60,885 bases of DNA from the IMG/VR virus record IMGVR_UViG_3300048591_000686, positions 1-60,885 of that record, one strand, 5' to 3'. The notes under the pieces were generated by a model that worked only from the letters and a program-made list of their open reading frames with translations, was not told where the DNA came from and made no database searches. Source of the DNA: a virus. Its lineage: Duplodnaviria; Caudoviricetes. The translations under genes and the position numbers were made by a program. The stretch's first letter is position 1. The number at the start of each line of letters is the position of its first letter. Shown here piece by piece: positions 37,367 to 48,082 of this stretch.

Positions 37367-37601
37367 GATTGTCGGTGTAGACGACGCTTGGGCGGCCTAT
37401 CAGTTGGATGTGGCGGTGATGGAGTTTGGCACGTGGGTCGAAAGCAAGTTGAACGAACGCGACGCCAAAGGCAAGCCCAAGACGACGCTCGCCAAGCTGC
37501 TGGACGACGGGTCAAGGCCGCGGGAGTATGCGCCGCTGAATATCGATGCGGCGAGCCTGCGCAGAGTGCAGGTGCGCGAGGACGGGACGTGGGAGGATTA
37601 G
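37299..37601 (+). CDS. Tail assembly chaperone extension (T)
   Basis: RLPSEIVGVDDAWAAYQLDVAV; overlaps G in the +1 frame. Confidence 0.7.
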   Translation: MANKAQAWNLHSLSATYHRLPSEIVGVDDAWAAYQLDVAVMEFGTWVESKLNERDAKGKPKTTLAKLLDDGSRPREYAPLNIDAASLRRVQVREDGTWED

Positions 37602-37604
37602 GGC

Positions 37605-40600
37605 ATGGGTGAGGGCGTAAACCTCGGCAGCGCATACGGAACCATCGAGATCGGGACCGACGGCGCGCAGCAATCCATCAACTCCCTCTCCGACACCATG
37701 CGCAAGGCGGGCGCGGCCATGTCGTTGGGCGTCACGGCCCCGCTGGTAGGCATCGCCTCCGCCGCCATCAGCAGCGCCGCTGACTTCGAGCAGTCGCTCA
37801 ACATCATGGCGCAGGTCAGCGCCGCGACCGGCGACCAGATGGCCGCGCTCCAGGCGCAGGCGCTGGAGATGGGCGCGGTGACGTCGTTCAGCGCAGGCGA
37901 GGCTGCGCAGGCGCAGTTGGAACTCGCCAAGGCAGGCATGGCCCCGGCGGACGTGATGAAAGCGCTGCCGGGCGTGCTGGACGCGGCCGCGGCGGGCGGC
38001 ATGGGGCTGGCAGAGTCGGCAACGCTGGTCAGCGGCGCGCTCAATGCGTTCGGGCTGGACGCGTCCGAGAGCGCCAGCGTTGCCAACCAGTTGGCGGCGG
38101 CGGCCAACGCATCGGCGGCGGATATGTCCGACCTGGGCGCGGGCTTGCAGCAGGGCGGCTTTGCGTTCAGTGCGGCGGGCCAGCAGTTGGACGATTTGAA
38201 CGCATCGCTCGCCATCCTCAGCAACGTCGGCCTCTCCGGTTCCGACGCCGGCACCGCGCTCAAAAACGCCATGATGCGGTTGATGAATCCCACCGCAGAG
38301 GCGGCGGGGCTGATGGAAGAACTTGGCATCAACGTCTACGACACCCAGGGCCAGATGCTGCCATGGGCCGACGTGATCCAGGTGTTCGACACCGCGCTGG
38401 CAGGGCTGACCGACGAACAGCGCAACGCGGCGCTCGGCACCATCATGCTGGGCGACGGGATGAAGGCGTTTATTCCCCTGCTCGACCAGGGCAAAGAGGG
38501 CTTTTTGGAGATGAAAGCCGCGGTCAACCAGGAGGGGTCGGCGGCGGCGACCGCGGGCGCGCGCATGAAGGGAATGCGCGGCGCGGTCGAGTACCTCATG
38601 GGCTCGATTGACAGTTTCCTCATCGGCACAGCGCTGCCGTTTCTGGACACATTTAGCGGCGTCGTGCGCATCGTGGCCGACGGCATCACGGCGTTTGGTG
38701 CGCTGCCTCGCCCCGTCATCGACGCGGCGCTGGCGTTTGCGGCGGTGCTGGCCGCGGCGGGCCCGTTAATGCTGGCCATCAGCGGCATTGCAACGGCAGC
38801 GGCGTTTTTGGCGAGTCCGCTGGGCCTGTTGGTGCTGGGCGTGGGCGCGGTCGCCGCGGGCTTCGTGATGTGGCAGCAGAACCTGGGCGGCATCCAACAG
38901 CGGGTGGCGGCGCTGGCGACCTATTTCAAGGATCTGGCCGAGTCGGTAACGGGCCTGGACTTCGACGCCATCGCCGACGGGCTGCGCAGTTTCGCCAACT
39001 ATATCGGCCTCGTGGTCGAGGACGGCGATTATCTCAACGACTGGTTGACCAACCTGCCGCCCGCCGTCCAGCCCGCAGCCGAGGCGCTGGGCCGGTTCGT
39101 GGCCGCGGTGAGCAGCCTGTTTCAGACCGGCGACTTCGGGGCCCTGGCGCAGACGCTGCGCGACGCGTTCCCCGAGGCGGCGGCGGCGGTCGACGGGGCC
39201 ATCAGCACGATCTCCGAGGCGTTCGGCAAAATCGCCGAAACGATCCAGTCGTTCCGCGAGGGCTACCTGGACGTACCCGAATTGATTTGGAACATCGCCA
39301 ACGCCCTGACCGGCGGCGGCGCTGACTACTATGTCATCCGCGATGCGGTCAACGCCATCGGCGCGGCGTGGCAGTCCATCCAGGGTGCGGCGCTGGCGCT
39401 GTGGGCGTGGCTGCAAATCGCCATCCCGCTGGCAGTGACCAGCCTGCAAGGGGCATGGGCCGCGGCGTGGCCGGCGATGCTGGAGGCGTTCGGTGCGACG
39501 TGGGATGCACTGCGCACGGGGCTCGCCGCGGCGTGGACGTGGCTCTCGATCAACATCCCGGCGGCGTTGGCATGGCTGGCCGCGGCGTGGGCGATTGCAT
39601 GGCCCGCCATGCAGGCGGCGTGGGACGCAGTGTGGCCCGCAATCCAGAGCGCCTGGGGCACGGCGCAGACGTTCCTTTCCACCGACCTGCCCGCGGCGCT
39701 TGCCACCATGCAAGAAAAATGGGATACGGTGTGGCCCGCAGCGCAGGCGACGTGGAGCGCGGTGTGGACCCCGCTTAGCGCGGCGTGGACCACGGCAAAA
39801 ACATGGCTCGACACGACGCTGCCCGCGGCGTTGACCACCCTGCAGACGGCGTGGGAGGGTGCGTGGCCCGCGCTGCAAACCGCCACGACCACGGCGTGGA
39901 CCGCCATCCAGGGCACGTTTGACAGCATCAAGGCGGCGTTTGCCGCGGTGCAGACGGGGGCGGGCAACCTGCGCACGACGTTGAGCGGCTTTGCGGCGCA
40001 GGCGGCAATTGTCGGCGGTTTGCTGGCAGCCTTTTTCGCCCCGGCGCTGGAACGGCTGCAAACCGCGTTCAACGCGCTGCCAGAAAAGCTCGCGCCGCTG
40101 CTGCCCAAGCTCCAGGAGCTGGGCGGGGCCATCGGTGGGCTGATGCAGGCGCTGGCGCCGTTTGTCGCGCTCATCGGCGTGGGGCTGGCGATTGCGGTGA
40201 ATTTCGGCATTGAGCGGTTGACGACGACGTTCGAGACGCTGCCGGGCCTGTTGGGACCCATCATCGACCAGGTGACGGCGACGATCAAGCTGATTACGGT
40301 CATTCTCACCGAAGTCGTGGCGGGGGTGCGGGCGGCGATTGACGGGGACTGGACGGCGGTGTGGGGCAGCGCCAAGCGGGTGGCAAGCGAGTTCAGCACA
40401 TTTTTCCGCGGTCTGTTCTCCCGCCTGGGCACGTTCATGCGGGCGGTGGCGCGCAACATCAGCGAACCCATCATCAACACGCTGAAAAGCCTGGGCATTG
40501 ACATCACGCCGCACCTGGAGTCGGTGCGCAAAACGTTTGAGGACATCTGGACCAAGGTCAAGGGCTACATCCAGCCGGTGATCGACATCGTGGGCACGGT

Positions 40601-40997
40601 GACGGACAAGTTCAGCGAGTTCAAAGAGTTTCTGGCTGGCCTGGAATTGCCCAACCCCTTTGCCGGGCTGGCGTCGGCAGGGCAGGCGGTGATGGATGCC
40701 ATCGGCAATCTCGGCGGCGGCGGCAACGGCGGCGCGGACGGCGACCCCTCCACCCCGGAGGCGGGCGGCACATCCTACTTCCGCGGCGGGGCGGCGCAAA
40801 TCAACGAGCGCGGCTATGAGCAGGTGGTGCTCCCCGCGGGCAGCCGCGTCTACACCAACGGGCAGACCAACAACCTGCCTACGGGCGAGGCGCGTACCAT
40901 CAACATCAATATGGGCGGCATCACGGTCAAGTCGGACCGCGATGCGCACTATGTGGTCAACACGCTGCGCGACGCGCTGGCGGGGATGGGGGCGTAG
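37605..40997 (+). CDS. Tape measure protein (TP901-type core)
   Basis: FEQSL..FSAGEAAQA..GSDAGTALK; ~11-residue periodic Trp repeats. Confidence 0.93.
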   Translation: MGEGVNLGSAYGTIEIGTDGAQQSINSLSDTMRKAGAAMSLGVTAPLVGIASAAISSAADFEQSLNIMAQVSAATGDQMAALQAQALEMGAVTSFSAGEAAQAQLELAKAGMAPADVMKALPGVLDAAAAGGMGLAESATLVSGALNAFGLDASESASVANQLAAAANASAADMSDLGAGLQQGGFAFSAAGQQLDDLNASLAILSNVGLSGSDAGTALKNAMMRLMNPTAEAAGLMEELGINVYDTQGQMLPWADVIQVFDTALAGLTDEQRNAALGTIMLGDGMKAFIPLLDQGKEGFLEMKAAVNQEGSAAATAGARMKGMRGAVEYLMGSIDSFLIGTALPFLDTFSGVVRIVADGITAFGALPRPVIDAALAFAAVLAAAGPLMLAISGIATAAAFLASPLGLLVLGVGAVAAGFVMWQQNLGGIQQRVAALATYFKDLAESVTGLDFDAIADGLRSFANYIGLVVEDGDYLNDWLTNLPPAVQPAAEALGRFVAAVSSLFQTGDFGALAQTLRDAFPEAAAAVDGAISTISEAFGKIAETIQSFREGYLDVPELIWNIANALTGGGADYYVIRDAVNAIGAAWQSIQGAALALWAWLQIAIPLAVTSLQGAWAAAWPAMLEAFGATWDALRTGLAAAWTWLSINIPAALAWLAAAWAIAWPAMQAAWDAVWPAIQSAWGTAQTFLSTDLPAALATMQEKWDTVWPAAQATWSAVWTPLSAAWTTAKTWLDTTLPAALTTLQTAWEGAWPALQTATTTAWTAIQGTFDSIKAAFAAVQTGAGNLRTTLSGFAAQAAIVGGLLAAFFAPALERLQTAFNALPEKLAPLLPKLQELGGAIGGLMQALAPFVALIGVGLAIAVNFGIERLTTTFETLPGLLGPIIDQVTATIKLITVILTEVVAGVRAAIDGDWTAVWGSAKRVASEFSTFFRGLFSRLGTFMRAVARNISEPIINTLKSLGIDITPHLESVRKTFEDIWTKVKGYIQPVIDIVGTVTDKFSEFKEFLAGLELPNPFAGLASAGQAVMDAIGNLGGGGNGGADGDPSTPEAGGTSYFRGGAAQINERGYEQVVLPAGSRVYTNGQTNNLPTGEARTININMGGITVKSDRDAHYVVNTLRDALAGMGA

Positions 40998-42275
40998 ATG
41001 CTGCTGCGACTGACCGACGGCACGACCACGCTCACCCTCAGCGGTGCGGGCGCGTACCTGGGCGCAACCTATTTCCCCAGCGGCCAACCAGGGGCGGCGC
41101 GGGTGACGGAATCGTTCCCCCTCATCCTGGAGGGCACAGAGAGCGCTATCCGCGCGGCCGTCCAGGATGTGCAGCAGATGTTCGCGCGGGCGCGTGAGCG
41201 GGAGAAGGCGCTGACCGCCCGCGTATTCGCCGAGTTCCGCCCGGTCGATTCGGGCGACATTTTCCGCTGCGAGATCTTCGACGGCGATGCCAACTACGCA
41301 CAGGCCCCGGCGGAGCGCAGCCTCTACAGCGCCACCAGTACCGTGCGCGTCACCGTCACCTGGGAGCGGGCGGCGGGCTGGGAGGGGCCGGAGGAAGAGA
41401 TGTGGCTATCCTCCTCGACGCAGACCGAGCGCACCGGCGGGGTGAGTCTCGCCATCAACGACAACGTATCAGTGCCCAACTGGGCAGGCATCGCCGCCGC
41501 CCGCGTCAAAGGCACGCGACCCGCACCGATCCGGCTGCGCGTCACCAACAACAGCGGCACCGGCATCCAGTGGCGCAACATGTTCATCGGCGTCAACGCC
41601 TTTAGCGCGCCCACCAGCGCGGACCTGTGGCTGTTGGGCAGCGAGGCCAACGCCGGGGCCGCGGCCTCGTGGGGGGCAGGCGTAACACACAGCAGCCTGC
41701 AATGGTTATTCCCCCTGTCAGCGACGTTGCTGGGGCAGGCGCAGGGGCGCACATTCCGCGTGATCGCCGCCTTCGACAGTGTGTCGTCAGGGGCGGCGTT
41801 GCGGGCGTCGGTGGGCGCCTATGTGTCCAGTGTCTACACGCCCAACCGCTACGGGCAGGAGCGGTCCAACCAGGGCGAGGTGGTGGACCTGGGCGAGTTT
41901 CCGATCCCCCCCGGCGGCTACAACGTCGCCAACGCTGCGGCGGCGCTGGCCATCACCGTGCGATCGACACTGAGCGGCTCCGGCACGCTCGATTTTGTGA
42001 TGCTGATGCCCACCGACAGCTACCGGCGGCTGCGGCAGATCGGCTACACGCTCGCCAACCTGGACAGCATCGAGGACGACGGGATCGAGGGCGGCGCGTA
42101 CTGGTTGTCGGGGTCAAGTCGCTACCCCACTGTGCGGGCGTCGGGCGCGCCGCTGATGGTGTTCCCCGAGCGCGACCAGCGCATCTACATCATGGCCGAC
42201 GAAAACGCCAACTGGACGGCAGGGCGCGCCATCCTGGTGCGGGCATGGTACAGGCCGGTGTACGACAATGTTTAA
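40998..42275 (+). CDS. Distal tail-like protein
   Basis: Directly after TMP; GTRPAPIRLRV. Confidence 0.7.
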   Translation: MLLRLTDGTTTLTLSGAGAYLGATYFPSGQPGAARVTESFPLILEGTESAIRAAVQDVQQMFARAREREKALTARVFAEFRPVDSGDIFRCEIFDGDANYAQAPAERSLYSATSTVRVTVTWERAAGWEGPEEEMWLSSSTQTERTGGVSLAINDNVSVPNWAGIAAARVKGTRPAPIRLRVTNNSGTGIQWRNMFIGVNAFSAPTSADLWLLGSEANAGAAASWGAGVTHSSLQWLFPLSATLLGQAQGRTFRVIAAFDSVSSGAALRASVGAYVSSVYTPNRYGQERSNQGEVVDLGEFPIPPGGYNVANAAAALAITVRSTLSGSGTLDFVMLMPTDSYRRLRQIGYTLANLDSIEDDGIEGGAYWLSGSSRYPTVRASGAPLMVFPERDQRIYIMADENANWTAGRAILVRAWYRPVYDNV

Positions 42276-44262
42276 TTATCCGTTCGGCGCTGAGTTCACC
42301 ACCCGGCAGGGGCAGCCGATCACCGTCCAGGCTGACCTGGAGTTTCGCCCCCTGCGGTGGAAAGCCGCGGCGCACGGCGGGCCGGTCGAATGCGACATCG
42401 CCGTGACCGGCACGCGGGCGGGGCTGAAAAGCCTGCGCGAGTGGCTGCGCTACGGGGTCAATGTCGTCAACCCCACCGGCTCGACCGTGTGGTGGGGCTA
42501 CATGCACGAGGTGGCCCTGCAGTTGGATGGTTGGGTGGTGACGTGCAGCCTCGACAACCTGCGTAACCGCGTCGCCATCACCTATTCGTCGCTGGAGGGG
42601 GCCGTCGAATCGGCGCTGACCACGGCGTGGGTTGACGACGCGGGCAGCCAGGGCGAATACGGCATTCGCGAGCATTTTGAGTCCATCGGGCAGGCGACGC
42701 CCAGCATGGCCACCACCTACCGTGACCGGCTGCTGGCCCAGGGCGCGCGACCGGCCTACGGCAAGGCACAGGCGGGCGACAACACACCGCAGGCGACGCT
42801 CAAATGCCGCGGGTGGTTCGCGGCGCTTGGCTGGCGCTACTACCTGCGCACGGATGGGCGGCTGGAACACATGCCGTCTGGCACGGAGACGCAGCCCATC
42901 GGGTGGGGCATCGCCGCGTCGAATCAAATCGGGTTCGGCGGCGCGGCCATCCACGACGCGGGCGGGCGACTGGAAGCCATCCAGACGGGGATGCTGGTGA
43001 CGGTCAGCGGATCGAGCGCCAACAACAAGACGTTCACCGTCGGCGATGGCACGTCGGAGGATGTGGACACCTATACCAACACGTCGATCCGCTTTGAACC
43101 CTCCGACGACATCATCGATTCGTGGGCGGGGATGACCATGGTCAAGTCAGACCACTGGCTGCGCGTCCAGGGGTCAGCGCTCAACAGCCGCTGGCACTGG
43201 GTGGGCAATGCCGGCGGCGACCATTTGCGCACGTCGGCGGCCGTCAGCGGGGCCATCGCCAACGAAGCGGCGGGGCCATCCATCACGCTCACGCAGGCGC
43301 AGAAATTGAGCACGGTGGACGCGGCGACCTACGAAGCGCCCGGCACCGCCGCGTCAGCCAATGTCACCCTGCACGGCCATCAGGTCGCGCAGCGCTTTAC
43401 GCTCGGGGCGGCGATGAAGATCGACCGCGTGATGGTCGAGGCGGGCACGGTGGGCACACCGACCGACAGCCTGGAGGTGCGGGTGCTGACCGACAGCGGC
43501 GGCACACTGGGCAGCCTGCTCACCAGCGGCACCCTCGCGGCGGCGGCGCTGACCGACAGCATGACCGCGGTGTGGGTGCCCGTAACCACGGTTACGCTGG
43601 CCGCGGGCAACTACTGGATTCAGGTGCGGCGTTCGGGCGCGGTGCACGGCCTCAACTACTACAACGTTGGCATGACGCCCACCGCCTACGGAGCCTGCCA
43701 GATGTGGACCGGCAGCGCCTGGGTGACGCACGTCCCCGGCTGGTTCCTGCGTTTCAAACTGTGGGCGGTCGAAGACACCGGCATCATGGCGGAGACGATG
43801 CTGGCGAGCAAGGCACAGTTTATGACGCTCGCCACCGGCTACACATCGGGCGTCAACGGCTATCCAACGATGGACCAGCAGGCGGCGGTGAGCGACGAAC
43901 TGGACCGGCTGACCAAAATCGGCGCGTCGGGCGGCGCGCGGGTGTTGGCGGATGTGTCGCCCGACCTCGTGCTGCGGCTGGCCACCCAACCCGCCGCGGT
44001 GCCCGGCGAGACGCTGCGCATGTTCGCGGCGGGAGGCAAAGTGCGGCTGACCGACGCGGCGGGTTCGCCGTGGCCAGCGGGGATGCTGCCGGCGGGGATG
44101 TGGGTGGAACTGGCCGACCTGGACAGTGACCTTGCAGGCGAGGGGGGATTGTCGCCCGCGTTTGTCGAAACCGCGGAGTACGACGCCGAATCGGGCGGCT
44201 GGCGCATCGAATTTGAAGGCGAGCGCACGCTGCTCGACATGCTGAAAGTGCAGGCGGGATAG
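42268..44262 (+). CDS. Tail tip/hub protein
   Basis: VWWG, LRNRV, SQGEYGIRE motifs; position. Confidence 0.7.
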   Translation: MFNYPFGAEFTTRQGQPITVQADLEFRPLRWKAAAHGGPVECDIAVTGTRAGLKSLREWLRYGVNVVNPTGSTVWWGYMHEVALQLDGWVVTCSLDNLRNRVAITYSSLEGAVESALTTAWVDDAGSQGEYGIREHFESIGQATPSMATTYRDRLLAQGARPAYGKAQAGDNTPQATLKCRGWFAALGWRYYLRTDGRLEHMPSGTETQPIGWGIAASNQIGFGGAAIHDAGGRLEAIQTGMLVTVSGSSANNKTFTVGDGTSEDVDTYTNTSIRFEPSDDIIDSWAGMTMVKSDHWLRVQGSALNSRWHWVGNAGGDHLRTSAAVSGAIANEAAGPSITLTQAQKLSTVDAATYEAPGTAASANVTLHGHQVAQRFTLGAAMKIDRVMVEAGTVGTPTDSLEVRVLTDSGGTLGSLLTSGTLAAAALTDSMTAVWVPVTTVTLAAGNYWIQVRRSGAVHGLNYYNVGMTPTAYGACQMWTGSAWVTHVPGWFLRFKLWAVEDTGIMAETMLASKAQFMTLATGYTSGVNGYPTMDQQAAVSDELDRLTKIGASGGARVLADVSPDLVLRLATQPAAVPGETLRMFAAGGKVRLTDAAGSPWPAGMLPAGMWVELADLDSDLAGEGGLSPAFVETAEYDAESGGWRIEFEGERTLLDMLKVQAG

Positions 44263-47200
44263 TGCAGAGACAGACGCAGCTCGCCAACGAACTATGGCCG
44301 ATTTTCCTGCCGCGCATCGAAGCGATGCTGGTGGGCGCGGGCGCGGGCGGGGGCGGCGGCGCAACCACGCTGGCAGTGCACGACCTGGGCGGGGCGAATC
44401 ACAAGGGCACGCTGCGCGACGACCAGGCCCCCCAGTTTCTGCTGCGCAATGGGGCGCGGTCGCTGACCGGCAATCTCACGGTGGAACCGGGCGTCACCAT
44501 TGACGGCGTAGACATCAGCGAGAGCATCCACCCGCGGCAGCACAACATCATTGACCCTGCCGATCACACGGTGGTGGGCAGCGCATTGCAGGTGGTGGGC
44601 CTATCGGCCACCAACGCGCTGGCACTGCTGACGCCATCCAGTGACGTTGCCACTACACCCGCCGCGGCAATCCTGCGCTCGACCAGCGGCGGCGGGGTGA
44701 CGGTCAAGCTGATTGACATCGGCACGGTGGACGAAACAACCGGCGTCGGCAATTTGAATTTCGCCGGCCACGCTGTGATCGACGTGCCGCGCTCGGCTTA
44801 CCTGTTTCTCGACTCCGACAACAACAGCACGGCGGCGGCATTTGTCATCGGGGCCAACGGCACGAACTCGACCGCCGCGACGGAGCTATTCCGGTTCACG
44901 GAGGGCGGGCGCTTTGGGGTGGGCAACGCTGCGCCTTCGTATGAGGCCGACGTCACCGGCACGCTGCGGGCGACGGTGGCCGTGCGCACAGCGGAGACGT
45001 ACAGCACGACGAAAACGCAGACGCCGCTCATCGACACTAACACCGGGCAGAGTCTCACGCTACAGCCGGCGGATGCGGTCATCCTCACGCCCGGCAACAA
45101 CCAGGTGCGGCTGAGTGACGGCAAGGCATTTCAGACCAGCAGCTTTGTCAGCGGGTTTGCGGGCAGCGGGTTCCGGCTCGACCAGGGCATCAGCAGCACG
45201 GCGCGCACGCACATGGAAGTGGACGACCTCACCGTGCGCGGGAGGCTGAGTGTTTACGAGCTGCTGATTCGCCAAATCCGCGCGACCAATGGCAGCGTGT
45301 TTGTATCGTCTACCGCCAAGGTCAAGACGGTCACGAGCTTGGGTGGCGACGATTACCGGCTGGCGTGCGACTCAGAGGACCGGCACGGGTTCCTGGTTGA
45401 CGACAAAATCAGGGCGCAGCGATTCGCCGGCAACGGCGTCTATCAGTGCGACCTCACCGTGACGGCGGTGCTCAATTCGTTTACGTTTGATGCTGATGTG
45501 GTAAGCGGCTCCATCGCCCCCCAGGTGGGTATGGAGTTTGTGCGGCTGGGGAACAGCAGCAACGCCAACCGGCGCGGGTCGGTCTACCTGACCGCCGACG
45601 ATACCAACGCGCCGTTTATCGACGTGGTGGATGGGATCGTCACCCATGCCGACTGGAACACCTCCGGCAAGGTCAAGGTGCGCGTCGGCAAACTCACCGG
45701 CATCACGGCGGTGTCGAACGAGTACGGCATGATGGCCGGCAATGGATTTGCGGCGACCGACCAGTGGATCAAGGCCAGCAGTTCGGGCGTGCTGCTCAAC
45801 AACACGCCCATCAAGCTCTACAGCGGCGCGACGCAGACGGTCAACATCGACGCCGCCGGCACAGACATCTGGGTGGGGTCATCCAGCAGTGATAGGCGAC
45901 TGACGTGGGATGGCGGCACGCTGGCGGTGCGGGGGCAGATTACCGCTGAGTCCGGCTACATCGGCACCGCGGCGGGCGGCTGGGCGATCAACACGACCAA
46001 CATTGCCAGCACCAACATCCGCCTCGTGGCCGCGCCCGGCAGCAGCAATGCTCGCATCGAGGTGGGCGATTACGCCGGGGCCAGCAACAACGTGGCAGGG
46101 GTGGGCGGTGGCGCAGGTGCGGCAACGAGCATTGCGTTTTGGGCCGGGGCCACCTATGTCAACCGCGCAACGGCTCCCTTCCGCGTGCAGCACGACGGTG
46201 CCATCGTTGCCACCAGCGCGACCATCAGCGGCGACATCACCGCCAACACCGGCTACATCGGCGGGGCGTCGGGGTGGACGATTGCCAGCGGCCTGCTGAG
46301 TAGCAGCAATGTTCGCCTTTACAGCGGCACCACAACCAACGCCCGGCTAGAACTGGGCACCGGCACCGACACCAACACGGCAGGCGTGCGCGGCGGCGAC
46401 GGGACGGCGGCAGCAGTGGCGTTCTGGGCCGGGGCAACACATGCCAACCGCGCAACGGCTCCCTTCCGCGCATACCTGGATGGCCGCGTGTTTGCGACTT
46501 CCGCCACAGTCAGCGGCGATTTCTCCGTCAACTCATCCACGTTCGGCACATCCGGCATCCAGATGCAGTACAACGGGGGCACGCCCAGGTTTTACGCGGG
46601 CAACGGGTCTGACAAGTATTTCAAGTACGAGGGGGGAAACATCACGCTGGCCGGCACGGTGGACGGCGCTCTCTATGTGACGGGCAGCGTCTACGCCGGC
46701 AATGGCAACATCCGCATCAGCACGGACGGACAGCGCATGTTGCTGGTAGACTCGACCAGCCCCAACATCCCCACCAACAGCAGCGCAGTACGGTGGTTTA
46801 CGTCGCTGACATCTGCCTGGGCTGACACGCAGAATTACGCCGGGTTCGTCACCTACCGCAACACCGACGTCGCCTATCAGGTGCTCGATCTCATCCTCAC
46901 CAGCTACGTCGGCAGCACAAATGCAGCCGACTATGATGCCCGTGTGATTCTACAGGCGGGGCACAACCGCAGCGGCACGTATGAGGATGCTACACTGGTG
47001 GTGGCCCGCAACCGTGGCACGACGGGCGGGGCCATCACGGCCAACTGCACAACGTTCACGGCCAGCAACAACGTATACGTGACCGCCAACATGTCGGCGC
47101 AGTCGATCACCGACCGCACCCCGCACTATGACGGCGATGCGCTCGCCGAGCTGCGTAATGTGGCGGGCAAGACCAACCAGGGCAAGCGCGAGATCGACCA

Positions 47201-47345
47201 TGGCAGCCTCCCGGCGTTCGCCCGCAAGAAGGTGCGGAAACCGGACGGTACGCTAGAGGAAGGGCGCGATATCGGTGCCATGATCAGCGTGCTGACCAGG
47301 GCAGTACAGCAATTAGACGCACGTTTGGACGCAATAGGAGCATAG
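44262..47345 (+). CDS. Tail fibre/spike protein
   Basis: G/S/T-rich; EVDDLTVRG; duplicated GYIG..GW.I and FWAGAT..NRATAPFR modules; C-terminal coiled coil. Confidence 0.8.
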   Translation: MQRQTQLANELWPIFLPRIEAMLVGAGAGGGGGATTLAVHDLGGANHKGTLRDDQAPQFLLRNGARSLTGNLTVEPGVTIDGVDISESIHPRQHNIIDPADHTVVGSALQVVGLSATNALALLTPSSDVATTPAAAILRSTSGGGVTVKLIDIGTVDETTGVGNLNFAGHAVIDVPRSAYLFLDSDNNSTAAAFVIGANGTNSTAATELFRFTEGGRFGVGNAAPSYEADVTGTLRATVAVRTAETYSTTKTQTPLIDTNTGQSLTLQPADAVILTPGNNQVRLSDGKAFQTSSFVSGFAGSGFRLDQGISSTARTHMEVDDLTVRGRLSVYELLIRQIRATNGSVFVSSTAKVKTVTSLGGDDYRLACDSEDRHGFLVDDKIRAQRFAGNGVYQCDLTVTAVLNSFTFDADVVSGSIAPQVGMEFVRLGNSSNANRRGSVYLTADDTNAPFIDVVDGIVTHADWNTSGKVKVRVGKLTGITAVSNEYGMMAGNGFAATDQWIKASSSGVLLNNTPIKLYSGATQTVNIDAAGTDIWVGSSSSDRRLTWDGGTLAVRGQITAESGYIGTAAGGWAINTTNIASTNIRLVAAPGSSNARIEVGDYAGASNNVAGVGGGAGAATSIAFWAGATYVNRATAPFRVQHDGAIVATSATISGDITANTGYIGGASGWTIASGLLSSSNVRLYSGTTTNARLELGTGTDTNTAGVRGGDGTAAAVAFWAGATHANRATAPFRAYLDGRVFATSATVSGDFSVNSSTFGTSGIQMQYNGGTPRFYAGNGSDKYFKYEGGNITLAGTVDGALYVTGSVYAGNGNIRISTDGQRMLLVDSTSPNIPTNSSAVRWFTSLTSAWADTQNYAGFVTYRNTDVAYQVLDLILTSYVGSTNAADYDARVILQAGHNRSGTYEDATLVVARNRGTTGGAITANCTTFTASNNVYVTANMSAQSITDRTPHYDGDALAELRNVAGKTNQGKREIDHGSLPAFARKKVRKPDGTLEEGRDIGAMISVLTRAVQQLDARLDAIGA

Positions 47346-47350
47346 GAGCA

Positions 47351-47767
47351 ATGGCTATCACACTACCGACCGACGACGAACTACCACTGTTCGAGGATTT
47401 GGAGCGGCACTACCGGACCATCAAGCCGGCTGTGCAGGGCATCTACGACATGCTGGCGACGGTGCGGCGCCTGTGGTTGTTTGGCGGCGCTGACCAGATT
47501 CTGGCCGCGACGCCGGCGGACCAGGTGCCGCTGGGTCAGGGCAACATCACGGCGGCGGAATGGCTGGAGATCCAGCGGCTGTTCCATGCCCTAGGAGAAT
47601 GGATCGTCACGCCCGTCAGCCTGGCCACCGACCCCGAGGGCACACCGCCGGGGCCGATCCCGCTGGCCGTCATCAGCCGCCGCAAGATGGCGCTGGGGTC
47701 GGCAGCGCAGGTAATGAACACCATCCCCGCGCCTGTGCGGGTAATCGAAAGTGAGGACACAGAATGA
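47351..47767 (+). CDS. Hypothetical tail-module protein
   Basis: AGGAG SD. Confidence 0.7.
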   Translation: MAITLPTDDELPLFEDLERHYRTIKPAVQGIYDMLATVRRLWLFGGADQILAATPADQVPLGQGNITAAEWLEIQRLFHALGEWIVTPVSLATDPEGTPPGPIPLAVISRRKMALGSAAQVMNTIPAPVRVIESEDTE

Positions 47768-47997
47768 GCAGCAACATTATCGCAGTACCCGACGCGTTCG
47801 CCAGCCGCATCACCGGTTACATGCGCCAGCAGGAGACGCTTAACGTCGCCGTCCAGACGGCGGTAGCGACGGCTGCCGAGATGCTGGGGGTGCCGGAAGG
47901 CTACCAGTACAACCCGGAGGCGAAGGCCTTCGTGCCTGCGCCCGCGGAGCCGACACCTGTGCCACCGCCGCCCGATGGAGCGCAAGGCGCGGCGTAA
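47764..47997 (+). CDS. Hypothetical protein
   Basis: ATGA overlap. Confidence 0.65.
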   Translation: MSSNIIAVPDAFASRITGYMRQQETLNVAVQTAVATAAEMLGVPEGYQYNPEAKAFVPAPAEPTPVPPPPDGAQGAA

Positions 47998-48082
47998 TGT
48001 CAGTTGCCGGTCAGTAACAATGATGATTACAGGAGTATGATAGAGATGCGACAATATCCAACCGAAGTGAAAGGCCTTTTGT

